Program-made: the position numbers and the translations under genes
Notes under the pieces: generated by a model
Told to the model about the DNA's origin: nothing
Seen by the model: the letters and a program-made list of their open reading frames with translations, nothing else
Database searches by the model: none
Assembly: GCA_025355465.1 (NCBI GenBank)
Contig: JANXZO010000027.1
Location: forward strand, 3,787 to 67,786
DNA: 64,000 nucleotides
Reading direction: 5' to 3'
DNA from: Bacteroidales bacterium
Lineage (GTDB): Bacteria; Bacteroidota; Bacteroidia; Bacteroidales; FEN-979
In this document: positions 35,058 to 45,408 of the stretch, piece after piece
Position numbering within the stretch: the stretch's first letter is position 1
Layout: each line of letters starts with the position of its first letter

Positions 35058-35149
35058 GCAGGCCGGGAATTTCTTGGCACATATCTTGTCCTATGGCCGG
35101 CCTGGTTAACATCATGTGCGGCCATCTGACATTTTGACCTTTTGTAATC

Positions 35150-37645
35150 ATGAAGAACTTATTAGATATAAATATGCTTAATTTCTCAGAATTAATTGAC
35201 TCCGAAACCGAGTTTATTCCACTTTTGTCATCCGAAGATGAGGTGGTAATGAATTCTGAAGAGGTCCCCGAATCGCTTCCGATACTTCCGTTAAGAAATA
35301 CCGTTCTTTTTCCCGGTGTAGTAATTCCGATTACGGTTGGAAGAGATAAATCGATAAAGCTTATCCGCGAATATTACAAGGGTAGCCGCATAATCGGGGC
35401 TGTGTCGCAGAAGGATGCATCCGTCGAGGATCCCGAATTTGACGACCTCAATAAAATCGGAACAGTTGCATATATCATCAAGATATTGCAAATGCCCGAT
35501 GGGAGCAATACTGCAATCATCCAGGGAAAACGTCGTTTTGTCATGGATGAGCTGGTTCAGTCGGAGCCTTATATTAAAGCGAAAGTCTCTGCCATTGATT
35601 CTCCCGTTGTGATCCCTTCTGATAATGGCGAATTCGGGGCATTGATAGCTTCACTCAAGGACCTTGCAGTTCAGATCATCAATAAATCGCCGAACATTCC
35701 CTCAGAAGCAGCATTTGCTATAAAAAACATCGAAAGTCCCTCCTTCCTGGTTCACTTCATCTCCTCAAACCTGAATGTTGAATTGTTTGAAAAGCAGACA
35801 CTTCTTGAGGTTTCTGATTTGACCGAACGTGCTGATCTTGTCTTGTCATATCTTACCAAGGAACTGCAGGTAGTTGATCTGAAACAACAGATACAAAACA
35901 AGGTAAAAACCGACCTCGACAAACAGCAACGCGACTTTCTGCTGAATCAGCAGTTGAAAACAATTCAGGAGGAGTTAGGCGGTAGTCCGAATGCCCAGGA
36001 AATCACTGCCTTGCGCGAACAGGCCAGAACTAAAAAATGGTCAAAAGAGATCGCCGAGGTGTTTGAAAAGGAGATCAACAAATTGCAGCGCATGCACCCG
36101 ATGGCTGCGGAATATTCGATTCAGACGAATTATCTGGAAACACTTGTCCAGTTGCCCTGGAATGAATACACCAATGATAACCTCGATCTCCATCATGCTA
36201 TGAAGATCCTTAACGAGGATCATTTCGGACTGGAAAAGGTTAAGGAACGGATCATTGAGTACTTAGCTGTGATCAAATTAAAACGCGATCTGAAATCACC
36301 GATTCTTTGTCTGGTCGGACCTCCGGGGGTTGGAAAAACATCACTGGGGAGGTCCATTGCCAGGGCGTTGGGAAGAAAATATGTTAGAATGTCACTTGGT
36401 GGCTTACGCGATGAATCTGAACTCCGCGGTCACAGGAAGACTTACATCGGCGCGATGCCGGGAAGGATTGTGCAAAGTCTGAAGAAAATCAAATCCTCGA
36501 ACCCGGTATTTGTGCTGGATGAGATCGACAAGGTTATGGGTATGAACATCAGTGGTGACCCGCAAGCTGCTTTGCTAGAGGTGCTGGACCCGGAACAAAA
36601 TGTTGCTTTTTACGATAATTTCCTGGAGGTCGAGTATGATCTCTCCCGGATTATGTTCATCGCAACGGCCAACACCATGACTACCATTCATCCAGCGCTC
36701 AGAGACCGCATGGAGGTGATTGAACTGCCTGGTTACCTGATTGAAGAAAAGATCGAAATTGCCGAACGTCACCTGGTGCCCAAACAGATGAAGGAACATG
36801 GTCTCAAAAAGAACCAACTGATTTTCGGCAGACCCATACTTCAAACAATTATTGAGGATTATACCCGCGAATCCGGCGTAAGAACCCTTGAAAAGAACAT
36901 CGCAAAGATTATCAGGAATAAGGCCAAAGCCATTGTTACGCAGGAAAAGTTTAACCGTACACCCAATGCCGAAGACCTCAAAAAAGTGATGGGGCCCCCA
37001 ATGTTTCAGGCTGAGAAATACATCTCCAATGAAATCGCAGGGGTAGTCACCGGACTGGCCTGGACCATGACCGGCGGGGAGATCCTTTTTATAGAGGTAA
37101 GTCTCAGCAGGGGGACAGGCAATCTTACGCTGACGGGAAATCTGGGCGATGTCATGAAAGAATCTGCATCGATTGCCCTTGCCTATCTGAAGGCCAACAC
37201 TAAGTATTTCGATATTGATCCTGAAGTTTTCAAGGATTGGAATATCCACATTCATGTTCCGGAGGGAGCAACCCCAAAAGACGGACCTTCTGCCGGAATA
37301 ACCATGTTTACTGCACTTGCATCTGCCTTTACGCAGCGAAAAGTTGGTGAACGTCTTGCCATGACCGGCGAGATCACCCTTCGCGGAAAAGTACTGCCTG
37401 TTGGTGGTATCAAGGAGAAGATGCTGGCTGCCAGAAGAGCAAATATCAGGGACGTCATCCTTTCAACGGAGAATCGAAAGGATATCGAGGATATTAAACC
37501 AGATTACGTTAAAGGGCTAACCTTCCACTACATTGACGAAATGAAGGAAATCGGGGAATTGGCGCTGCTTAACGAAAAGGTTAACGAACCGCTCGACTTC
37601 AACTACAAAAAGACGGGGGTGAGTTCATCTCCTCAACTTACCTAA
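35150..37645 (+). CDS. lon: ATP-dependent Lon protease (endopeptidase La)
   Basis: LON N-domain, Walker [10 protein letters not shown], Walker [10 protein letters not shown], and catalytic Ser in [11 protein letters not shown]. Confidence 0.95.
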   Translation: MKNLLDINMLNFSELIDSETEFIPLLSSEDEVVMNSEEVPESLPILPLRNTVLFPGVVIPITVGRDKSIKLIREYYKGSRIIGAVSQKDASVEDPEFDDLNKIGTVAYIIKILQMPDGSNTAIIQGKRRFVMDELVQSEPYIKAKVSAIDSPVVIPSDNGEFGALIASLKDLAVQIINKSPNIPSEAAFAIKNIESPSFLVHFISSNLNVELFEKQTLLEVSDLTERADLVLSYLTKELQVVDLKQQIQNKVKTDLDKQQRDFLLNQQLKTIQEELGGSPNAQEITALREQARTKKWSKEIAEVFEKEINKLQRMHPMAAEYSIQTNYLETLVQLPWNEYTNDNLDLHHAMKILNEDHFGLEKVKERIIEYLAVIKLKRDLKSPILCLVGPPGVGKTSLGRSIARALGRKYVRMSLGGLRDESELRGHRKTYIGAMPGRIVQSLKKIKSSNPVFVLDEIDKVMGMNISGDPQAALLEVLDPEQNVAFYDNFLEVEYDLSRIMFIATANTMTTIHPALRDRMEVIELPGYLIEEKIEIAERHLVPKQMKEHGLKKNQLIFGRPILQTIIEDYTRESGVRTLEKNIAKIIRNKAKAIVTQEKFNRTPNAEDLKKVMGPPMFQAEKYISNEIAGVVTGLAWTMTGGEILFIEVSLSRGTGNLTLTGNLGDVMKESASIALAYLKANTKYFDIDPEVFKDWNIHIHVPEGATPKDGPSAGITMFTALASAFTQRKVGERLAMTGEITLRGKVLPVGGIKEKMLAARRANIRDVILSTENRKDIEDIKPDYVKGLTFHYIDEMKEIGELALLNEKVNEPLDFNYKKTGVSSSPQLT

Positions 37646-37650
37646 GCTGA

Positions 37651-39333
37651 TCATTTTTCGTTTTCGGGCTTTATTCCGACAAGGGTAGTCGCCTGTTTGA
37701 GGAGTATTTTCCTGGCGGGATCGAAGGTAAGTGCAATCGGCTGCGATTGAAATGTCAACTCAAATTCCTGCGGGTTCACTTCATTGATAACCTTAACGAC
37801 AGTATCTGAACCATTGTTGAATTTGATTCCGATTTCCACCGGCATCCTGAAAAATCCAGTGTTTTTCTGGGTCTGTCTGATCCGTAATTTAACCATCCAC
37901 TTGCCGGTACCCCGTTGGATGATATCGTAGCTATTCTCATAGACTGGGTGGTTCGGTGAATAAACCCACGAGTCGAAGAACCAGTTAAGGTTTTGCCCAC
38001 TGACCTGGTTTGCCTTGGTTATAAATTCTCTGGTAACAGCATTCTTAAACATGAAGTTCGTATCGGTCGCATAAGCCTTCATCAAGTCGGAAAATAGCGC
38101 ATCGCCAACAACGTAACGAAGCTGAAAAAGCACGCAGGCACCTTTGTCGTAGACCAGAGCCGTACTGTAAAGCAGATTTGATGAAGGCGTGTGGATCGCC
38201 CACTCCGGATTATAAAGAGGCAAACCCGGGTTGTGTTCCAGGTAGTAATTGGCAATCCTGTTCATTCCCGCCTTATAGGTTTCGTAGTCGCTGTTATGTT
38301 CAACCCATAAATTCTGGCAGTATGTCCCGAAGCTTTCATTCAGCCAGATGTCAGCCCATGTTCCACAAGTAATAAGATCGCCAAACCACTGGTGAGAATG
38401 TTCATGGGCAATCAGATTCCCATCACTATATCCGCCCGGCATCAGGTTCACCATGGTTTGATTTTCCATTCCACCCCATGGAAAGGAGCTGTCCGGAATG
38501 GCAAAACCGATTTTTTCAAATGGATAACGGCCGAATTTTGTGGAGAAAAAATTTGTTATCGGTGTCAGGAGATTATTGATGGTTGCGAGGTTTTCTCCGG
38601 GTTTGTAATAAATACGAACAGGGGTGCTGTCTGATGGAATTGACGGATTGTGCCACCAACTCTTCTGAATCTGGAAGCCATCTTTCGAGGAGAGGCATAC
38701 AAGATAAGTGGCTACAGGGTTTTCCGATATCCAGCGATAGGTGATGGTGTCTGCTGAGACCACCGAATCAGCCAGCTTCCCGGTGGCTCCCAGCCTGGCG
38801 GTCAATGGCACCTTTGCGATGATCTCCCACGTCGCTTTGTCGGATGGTCTGTCCCGGCATGGAAAAACCTTACGGGCGCCTTCAGGTGGAAAATCTGTAA
38901 ATACGTACCCACTGGAAACATAAAAAGCCTGGTCGGCCACATTTTTATGACGGTAGCAGATCTTAACGTCTAAATTTTCACCCGGCAGGTATGTGCGGCC
39001 GAGCTGAATTTTCAGGGTGTCTGCGAAATGGGTAAAAGCAGTGCCTGCCATTCCAACTGAATCGATCTCCAGTGATGAGTTTGCCGCATTTAGCATAATT
39101 TGGCTCAGGATCGAATCTGCCTTGACAGTGAGGGTCATTTTGGCAGAAAAGGTTCGGGGAAAGGGAGATTTATGGCAATCGAAAATATCCATCTCCACCT
39201 TGTAATTTATCGCATCGTAAAGATGCTTCCTGTAATCATGGTGCAAACCGCCGGGGTTATGCTGGCCCGATGCGGAATAAGCAACTATGCTGAAAAAAAG
39301 TGATACAAAAATATGCCTGCGGATCTTTGGCAT
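37651..39333 (-). CDS. M1-family zinc metallopeptidase (aminopeptidase N-like), signal peptide, no T9SS tail
   Basis: GGMEN exopeptidase motif, HEHSHQWFGD (HExxH), and WLNESF (the third zinc ligand Glu). Confidence 0.88.
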   Translation of the reverse strand: MPKIRRHIFVSLFFSIVAYSASGQHNPGGLHHDYRKHLYDAINYKVEMDIFDCHKSPFPRTFSAKMTLTVKADSILSQIMLNAANSSLEIDSVGMAGTAFTHFADTLKIQLGRTYLPGENLDVKICYRHKNVADQAFYVSSGYVFTDFPPEGARKVFPCRDRPSDKATWEIIAKVPLTARLGATGKLADSVVSADTITYRWISENPVATYLVCLSSKDGFQIQKSWWHNPSIPSDSTPVRIYYKPGENLATINNLLTPITNFFSTKFGRYPFEKIGFAIPDSSFPWGGMENQTMVNLMPGGYSDGNLIAHEHSHQWFGDLITCGTWADIWLNESFGTYCQNLWVEHNSDYETYKAGMNRIANYYLEHNPGLPLYNPEWAIHTPSSNLLYSTALVYDKGACVLFQLRYVVGDALFSDLMKAYATDTNFMFKNAVTREFITKANQVSGQNLNWFFDSWVYSPNHPVYENSYDIIQRGTGKWMVKLRIRQTQKNTGFFRMPVEIGIKFNNGSDTVVKVINEVNPQEFELTFQSQPIALTFDPARKILLKQATTLVGIKPENEK

Positions 39334-39335
39334 TC

Positions 39336-41333
39336 TTATCTCGAAACTACAAGTTTTTTTGTGAGCATGTTACCACCGGCATGAAGCTGGTAAAGATAGA
39401 TACCGGGAGATAACTGAGAGCAGTCATAGTCAACATTGTATTTCCCTGCTGTCATGTTACCGTCTGCGAGGATGGTTATGGATTTCCCAACGAGACTGAG
39501 GATTTCCAGCTTCACGGGCATTGCCTTGTCGAGCTCATAAACAATCCTGGTCATGCCGGAAGCGGGGTTTGGTGTATTTTGTGCAAGATGAATCCCTGCA
39601 CCGGGCAGTAAATCCTGGCCAATCCCAACAATGGTACTTCCCTCCTTTATGACAATCTGCTGGTCCGGATCGAACTGGAAAAAGACAGGACGCTTGTTAA
39701 ATGTCCACGAAAATTGCTGGTAATTGGCGTCGTTCATGGCATTGATGAGGGTGTCTGTATTATCGGCAAACCTGATTTTTACCTGGACGGGCATTTTGAA
39801 AAATGTCGGGTTGCTCTGGATCTGAGTCATGAAGAAATTTGCTTTCCAATTTCCGTTTCCCTGATCTTCGAAATTATAGGTGTTCTGATAGATCGGATGG
39901 TTTGGTTGAAAAATCCATTGCTCGAAGAACCAATCATAATTTCCACCTGCCACCGAATTAACTTTCGCGTTGAAGTCTGCAACATTGGCTGATTTGAATC
40001 TGAAGTTGGTATCTGAAGCGTAGGAAGCCAGGGTTGCAAAAAAGAGTGAGTCGCCCAGCACATAGCGAAGTTCATGCAGTACGCAGGCTCCTTTGCAATA
40101 GGTAATAGCGTAGTTGAACAACACATCATTCGAAGGTGTATTTATTGCCCATTCAGGGTCGGAAATGGCCCAACCCGGATTCGAGGAGAGGTAGTTGCTG
40201 GCATCGTTGAGGATGTCGTTTTTATAGGCTGAATATCCTCCGGTATTCTCAAGCCAAAGCGCTTCAGAGAAGGTTGCAAACCCTTCATTTAACCAGATGT
40301 CAGCCCATGTTGCACAGGTGATCATATCGCCAAACCATTGGTGCGCGAATTCATGGGCAACCAGCCCTTCCTGCCAGCAATTGGGGCAGAGGCTTGTCAG
40401 GGTCTGATTCTCCATTCCACCCCAGGCAAAAAGGTTATTCAGCGTAGCAAAGCCGTTTTTATCAAATGGATGCTCGCAGAATGTTTCTGAATAATAGGTG
40501 GTCATGGCTCCGATAATATTTTGTATGTAAGTTGGGTTTTCGCCATAGTTAAAGTAAAACCGGATGGGAATACTGTCTGCAGGATTGCTCAGTTTATGCC
40601 AGTAAACGATGTTCAGTTTGTAGTTGATCTTCCCCGACATCACCATCAGGTAGGTTGAAATGTTCTGGTTGCTCACCCAATGGTATTTGAGGGTATCCCC
40701 GCTTACAGTGGAATCGGCAAGGTGTCCGTTAGAACCAAGTCTGGCATTTAAAGGCACTTTGACCTTAAGATCCAGTGTTGCCTTATCCGATGGCTTATCC
40801 CAGCATGGAAACCATCTTCTCGCACCCTCCGGTTCGCAATCGGTAAAAACCATGCCTCCCTGAACGTTGAAGGCCTGATCGGATACGTTCTTATGGTGAT
40901 AGCATACCTTCACATTAACAATCTCACCGGGATTGTAAGTGCGGTTGAGTTGAATGGTAAGGATATCTGAAGCGTGGGAGAAGGAGATTCCGGCCATCCT
41001 TACCGAATCGATCAGAAGCGAGCTGTTTACCGCATGAAGTTTTATTGAACTCAGGGCAGTGTCAACCCTGAAGTTGATAACATTGGTCGCCTTAAATGAA
41101 TTCGGGTATGGGCTGAGAAAACAACTGTAGATATCGAGATCAAGGGTATATTTCAAAACATCAAAGGAATGAGGAATTATCACATCCGTTCCTGATGGCC
41201 GGGAAGGAAGATCAGGGGCATTGGACTTTTTTTGAGCGCAGTATGCTGAACCCCTCATGTTTGTTTGTGCCTGGGTGATTCCGGCCAGACAGAGAATGAT
41301 CATCAAAAGGGAGAGGAAAGTAAGTCGTTTCAT
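39336..41333 (-). CDS. M1-family zinc metallopeptidase with C-terminal T9SS (Por) sorting domain
   Basis: GGMEN, HEFAHQWFGD and WLNEGF motifs. The last ~85 aa (NTPNPASGMTRIVYEL...PGIYLYQLHAGGNMLTKKLVVSR) resemble the TIGR04183-type CTD. Confidence 0.85.
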   Translation of the reverse strand: MKRLTFLSLLMIILCLAGITQAQTNMRGSAYCAQKKSNAPDLPSRPSGTDVIIPHSFDVLKYTLDLDIYSCFLSPYPNSFKATNVINFRVDTALSSIKLHAVNSSLLIDSVRMAGISFSHASDILTIQLNRTYNPGEIVNVKVCYHHKNVSDQAFNVQGGMVFTDCEPEGARRWFPCWDKPSDKATLDLKVKVPLNARLGSNGHLADSTVSGDTLKYHWVSNQNISTYLMVMSGKINYKLNIVYWHKLSNPADSIPIRFYFNYGENPTYIQNIIGAMTTYYSETFCEHPFDKNGFATLNNLFAWGGMENQTLTSLCPNCWQEGLVAHEFAHQWFGDMITCATWADIWLNEGFATFSEALWLENTGGYSAYKNDILNDASNYLSSNPGWAISDPEWAINTPSNDVLFNYAITYCKGACVLHELRYVLGDSLFFATLASYASDTNFRFKSANVADFNAKVNSVAGGNYDWFFEQWIFQPNHPIYQNTYNFEDQGNGNWKANFFMTQIQSNPTFFKMPVQVKIRFADNTDTLINAMNDANYQQFSWTFNKRPVFFQFDPDQQIVIKEGSTIVGIGQDLLPGAGIHLAQNTPNPASGMTRIVYELDKAMPVKLEILSLVGKSITILADGNMTAGKYNVDYDCSQLSPGIYLYQLHAGGNMLTKKLVVSR

Positions 41334-41363
41334 AATAGAATTTTATTTGGTGTACCTGAACTG

Positions 41364-41371
41364 CAAAGTTA
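41364..41371 (-). promoter_or_regulatory. -7 box TAACTTTG for the M1 peptidase pair
   Basis: The plus-strand sequence caaagtta is the reverse complement of TAACTTTG. It lies 30 nt upstream of ATG 41333. Confidence 0.45.
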
Positions 41372-41425
41372 AAAATAATCGTCTCCGGAAGACGTGTAAA
41401 TGCTTGGGATTATTGAAAAATCTGA

Positions 41426-41433
41426 TATTTTTG
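41426..41433 (+). promoter_or_regulatory. -7 box TATTTTTG for the SBP gene
   Basis: Matches TAnnTTTG, 10 nt upstream of ATG 41444. Confidence 0.5.
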
Positions 41434-41443
41434 CACACCCGAC

Positions 41444-43072
41444 ATGAGAAAGAACTATCTAATATCCTTGATAACGCTTGTCATCGTATGGTCTTGCAGC
41501 GGTGATTTCAACGAGACTTTCAAAACCGTTTTCAAGTATAATGAAGCTGCGAATATCACCTCCCTCGATCCTGCATTTGCCCGCGATCAGTCGTTAATCT
41601 GGGCCGACAACCAATTGTTTAATGGTTTGGTTCAGCTTAACGATAAACTTGAAATCCTGCCCTCTGTCGCAGCTTCGTGGGATATTTCAGCTGACGCACT
41701 GACCTATACGTTTCATTTGCGCAGGGACGTGCTCTTTCACGAAAGTCCGGCCTTTAAAGACAACAAAACACGCCGGGTGGTTGCCTCTGATTTCGTTTAC
41801 AGCTTCAAACGGATCACAAACCCCAAAGTGGCTTCCCCGGGTGCCTGGATATTTAATAATGTTTGGAGTTCAGATGGTAATTATGCATTTGAAGCCCCGG
41901 ATGATTCTACCTTCCGGATTACACTGAAACAGCCTTTCCCTCCATTTCTGAGACTGCTTTCAATGCAGTATTGTTCTGTCGTTCCAAAAGAGGCTATTGA
42001 ATATTTCGGAAGCAGTTTTCGCAGCAATCCGGTCGGGACAGGACCTTTTTACCTCAAATTGTGGAAGGAGGGGGTGAAGATGGTTTTCTTGAAAAATCCC
42101 CGGTACTTTGAGTTTGAGAATAACCAAAGACTTCCTTATCTTGATGCGGTGGCCATAACATTTGTCGCCGATAAACAATCGGCTTTTCTGGAATTTATGA
42201 AAGGGAAGCTGGATTTCATGTCAGGCATTGATCCTTCCTACAAAGATGAGGTGCTTACCCGGGAAGGGAAGCTTAAACCGAAATATGAAAACCGTTTACG
42301 ACTGGTTACATTGCCCTACCTGAACACTGAATATCTGGGGTTTATGGTTGATCCATCCCGTGAAGCAACAAAGGGCAATCCGCTCCTCGACCGCCGGGTT
42401 CGACAGGCAATAAATTATGCATTCGATCGCGGGAAGATGATCCGTTTCCTTCGTAACAATATCGGCACGCCTGGATTTTATGGGATCACTCCCTGCGGTT
42501 TGCCATCGTTCGATTCCACGCACATTTACTATTCGTATGATCCAGAGAAAGCCCGCAAACTTCTCTCAGCCGCTGGTTATCCCCGGGGGATCGGATTGCC
42601 GGCAATAACGCTGACTTCAACTTCCGACTACCTTGATATTTGTAAATATATTCAATTCCAGGTCGCTGAGATCGGTATTGAAATGAAGATTGAAACGAGT
42701 CCGCCTGCTGCAGTGAAGGAGATGAAAGCACAGGGTAAGCTCGCATTTTTCAGAGCCTCCTGGATCGCCGACTATCCGGATGCGGAGAATTATCTTTCAC
42801 TTTTCTATAGCAGGAATTTTTGCCCCCAGGGTCCAAATTATACCCATTTTTCAAACAAAGCATTTGATGGGCTTTATGAGAAGTCTCTTTCAGAAGTCAA
42901 CGACTCCTTGCGCTACCATTATTACCGGCAGATGGAAGAGATCATGATGAATGAGGCCCCTGTGGTTGTGCTCTATTACGACCAGGTACTCCGGTTTGTG
43001 GGGAAAAATGTTTCAGGTATTGGAATCAATCCGATGAATTTATTAACCCTTAAAAGGGCCAGAAAGGGTTAA
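41444..43072 (+). CDS. ABC transporter substrate-binding protein, family 5 (peptide/nickel type) lipoprotein
   Basis: Lipobox LVIVWSC and a length of 542 aa. The SBP_bac_5-like segments are LDPAFARDQ, GTGPFYLK and WIADYPDAENYL. No permease or ATPase gene is adjacent. Confidence 0.8.
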   Translation: MRKNYLISLITLVIVWSCSGDFNETFKTVFKYNEAANITSLDPAFARDQSLIWADNQLFNGLVQLNDKLEILPSVAASWDISADALTYTFHLRRDVLFHESPAFKDNKTRRVVASDFVYSFKRITNPKVASPGAWIFNNVWSSDGNYAFEAPDDSTFRITLKQPFPPFLRLLSMQYCSVVPKEAIEYFGSSFRSNPVGTGPFYLKLWKEGVKMVFLKNPRYFEFENNQRLPYLDAVAITFVADKQSAFLEFMKGKLDFMSGIDPSYKDEVLTREGKLKPKYENRLRLVTLPYLNTEYLGFMVDPSREATKGNPLLDRRVRQAINYAFDRGKMIRFLRNNIGTPGFYGITPCGLPSFDSTHIYYSYDPEKARKLLSAAGYPRGIGLPAITLTSTSDYLDICKYIQFQVAEIGIEMKIETSPPAAVKEMKAQGKLAFFRASWIADYPDAENYLSLFYSRNFCPQGPNYTHFSNKAFDGLYEKSLSEVNDSLRYHYYRQMEEIMMNEAPVVVLYYDQVLRFVGKNVSGIGINPMNLLTLKRARKG

Positions 43073-43836
43073 ACTTCCACTTGTAAGCCATCGTAAGCCA
43101 GTGACACGAAAGAAGGTAGTTCTGGATTGACCTCGTCGTATCTGCCCATCTGGTGGCTGATGTGTGTAAGGTAGCCATGCTCAGGTCCGAGCTCATGCAT
43201 GAGGTTTAGCGCTTCCTCAAGGTTAAAATGAGAGTAATGTTTTTGCTTCCTGAGGGCATTGAGCACAATAACTTTGGATCCTGCGATTTTGCCTTTCTCC
43301 TTGTCACTGATCTTTACAGCATCCGTTATGTAAGTAAAATCTCCGATCCTGAATCCGAAAACAAATTTCGTGTCGTTGTAGTGCAATGCTTTAATCGGTG
43401 TGAATTTCTGGTCATTGATATAAAATGGCCGGTTCAGCAGATTGTGCAGATTGATCTCCGGTACACCGGGGTAAGGATCCTTTTTGAATGCATATGAAAA
43501 CTCCTTCCTGATTATCCGCTGAACTTCGCGCGTGGCATAAACGTCTGCAGGTTTTTGAAGGATATAATTGAACGCCCTCACGTCATCAAGCCCACCCAGA
43601 TGGTCCTTGTGCCCATGCGTCACCAGAATGGCATCAACCGATTGAACATTTTCCCGGAGCATCTGCTGCCTGAAGTCGGGGCCACAATCAACAACTACGT
43701 TAAGGTTATCATGCTGGATCAGGATTGAAGACCTGAGTCGTTTATCGAACGGATTAAGGGAGGAGCAAACGTGGCAGTGGCAGGCAACTACCGGAACACC
43801 CTGAGAAGTTCCCGTGCCAAGAAAGGTGATCTTCAT
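43069..43836 (-). CDS. MBL-fold metallo-hydrolase (PhnP/YycJ-like)
   Basis: MKITFLGTGTSQGVP N-terminus and the metal motif THGHKDHLGG. Confidence 0.8.
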   Translation of the reverse strand: MKITFLGTGTSQGVPVVACHCHVCSSLNPFDKRLRSSILIQHDNLNVVVDCGPDFRQQMLRENVQSVDAILVTHGHKDHLGGLDDVRAFNYILQKPADVYATREVQRIIRKEFSYAFKKDPYPGVPEINLHNLLNRPFYINDQKFTPIKALHYNDTKFVFGFRIGDFTYITDAVKISDKEKGKIAGSKVIVLNALRKQKHYSHFNLEEALNLMHELGPEHGYLTHISHQMGRYDEVNPELPSFVSLAYDGLQVEV

Positions 43837-43840
43837 CCGG

Positions 43841-43848
43841 CAAAGATA
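43841..43848 (-). promoter_or_regulatory. -7 box TATCTTTG placed 4 nt before ATG 43836 (leaderless-type)
   Basis: The plus-strand sequence caaagata is the reverse complement of TATCTTTG, followed by CCGG and then ATG. Confidence 0.45.
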
Positions 43849-43930
43849 ACAAGGTCGGCCATCTTTCTATACAAGCCAACCGTTTATCGTTAAAAAATGA
43901 CGGCATGGTTCACAATTGGTCAGGATTGCG

Positions 43931-43938
43931 TAAATTTG
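43931..43938 (+). promoter_or_regulatory. -7 box TAAATTTG for the hypothetical-dapA-M14 unit
   Basis: Matches TAnnTTTG, 35 nt upstream of ATG 43974. Confidence 0.45.
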
Positions 43939-43973
43939 CATCGCATTTCGTGATGACTAAATAGTTGGAAATT

Positions 43974-44531
43974 ATGTTTGGAAAAATCAGATCGAAAATC
44001 GGAAAATACTATTTCCGAAAAGAAAAGGATGTTAACGCACCTCGGCGTCAGATGTCTAACCTGCTGGATGCTAGACGTATAGGCATTATATATCCGCTTA
44101 ACGATGTGCCCGATTATGATCGTGTTTCTGAGTTTGTATCACAATTACAACGCGACCATAAAGAGGTCAAGGCCCTTGGCTTTGTAAAAAACAAAAGTCT
44201 GGTCAGCAGGTTTCTCCCCAAACTATCCTATGATTTCTTCTCACGCAGGGATGTGAATTGGTTCTATAAACCCATTCATACCCAGGTGAAAGATTTTATC
44301 GAGAAAGAGTTTGATATCCTTATTGATCTCAGTATGAGTGACAACTTTCCGCTCAAATACATTGCCGGTTTGTCCAACGCCTTATGCAGGGTGGGGAGAT
44401 TTTCGGAGGAGAATGCGGATTATTACGACCTGATGATCGATGCTAATCCTGCCATGACAACCGATGACTTCCTTGGCCAGATAAGGCACTATTTAACAGT
44501 CATAAATTCTCATGCGAAAAGACCACAATAA
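43974..44531 (+). CDS. Hypothetical protein upstream of dapA
   Basis: 185 aa from ATG 43974 (the track start 43965 is TTG). Overlaps the dapA start by 20 nt. No motif recognised. Confidence 0.55.
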   Translation: MFGKIRSKIGKYYFRKEKDVNAPRRQMSNLLDARRIGIIYPLNDVPDYDRVSEFVSQLQRDHKEVKALGFVKNKSLVSRFLPKLSYDFFSRRDVNWFYKPIHTQVKDFIEKEFDILIDLSMSDNFPLKYIAGLSNALCRVGRFSEENADYYDLMIDANPAMTTDDFLGQIRHYLTVINSHAKRPQ

Positions 44532-45408
44532 GTTCAGGGGCACCGGAGTTGCCATCGTTACTCCTTTCAAAAAGTCACTTGCTATTGATTTTGATGCCTA
44601 CGAGGAGATCATCAACCATGTCATCAACGGCGGAGCTGATTATATCGTGGTTCTTGGTACAACCGGTGAAGCATCCACACTGACCAAACATGAGAAAAAA
44701 GCTTTGATAACTTTTTCTGTTGAAAAAATAAACAAGCGTGTTCCGCTAGTTGTCGGTGTTGGAGGCAACAGTACTTCCGATGTGGTACTGGCTATTCATG
44801 GAACACCGTTCAAGGGAGTGGATGCAATTCTTTCCGTTGCACCTTATTATAATAAACCTCCGCAGGAAGGTATTTTTCAGCATTTTAAAACCATATCCGA
44901 AGCCAGTCCGGTGCCGGTGATCCTTTATACGGTACCTGGTCGTACCTGTAGTAACATCAGTGCATCCACCACGCTCAGGCTGGCGAACGAATGTTCCAAT
45001 ATCATCGGGATCAAAGAGGCCTCCGGAAATCTCGACCAGATTACTCAGGTGCTTAACAGACGGCCACAGGATTTTTTGGTTCTTTCGGGTGACGATGCCT
45101 TAACCTTGCCGCTCCTTGCGCTTGGAGCAGACGGTGTGATCTCTGTGGTCGCCAATGCCTGCCCCGGTGACTTTTCCGAAATGGTGAGACATGGATTGCA
45201 GGGCGATTTCATCCAGGGAAGAAAGATTCATTTCAAACTTATGGATTTTATCAGTGCCCTGTTTGCTGATGGAAGTCCGGCCGGGATAAAAGCGGCCCTG
45301 GAAGCAATGAACCTTTGCAAAAGCTATCTGCGTCTGCCACTGGTGCCGGTTAATAAGGAGGTAAATAAAATGATCAATGACCATGTCTCCACCCTCATCC
45401 TGAAATAA
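44512..45408 (+). CDS. dapA: 4-hydroxy-tetrahydrodipicolinate synthase
   Basis: GTGVAIVTPF and VLGTTGE motifs. The Schiff-base Lys is in the IIGIKEASG context. Confidence 0.93.
   Translation: MRKDHNKFRGTGVAIVTPFKKSLAIDFDAYEEIINHVINGGADYIVVLGTTGEASTLTKHEKKALITFSVEKINKRVPLVVGVGGNSTSDVVLAIHGTPFKGVDAILSVAPYYNKPPQEGIFQHFKTISEASPVPVILYTVPGRTCSNISASTTLRLANECSNIIGIKEASGNLDQITQVLNRRPQDFLVLSGDDALTLPLLALGADGVISVVANACPGDFSEMVRHGLQGDFIQGRKIHFKLMDFISALFADGSPAGIKAALEAMNLCKSYLRLPLVPVNKEVNKMINDHVSTLILK

Noticed and set aside
38741-38923. A pair of similar antisense ORFs (38741-38923 and 40660-40863) that looked conserved.
   Set aside because: The similarity is a by-product of the two M1 peptidase paralogs on the opposite strand, not evidence of coding.
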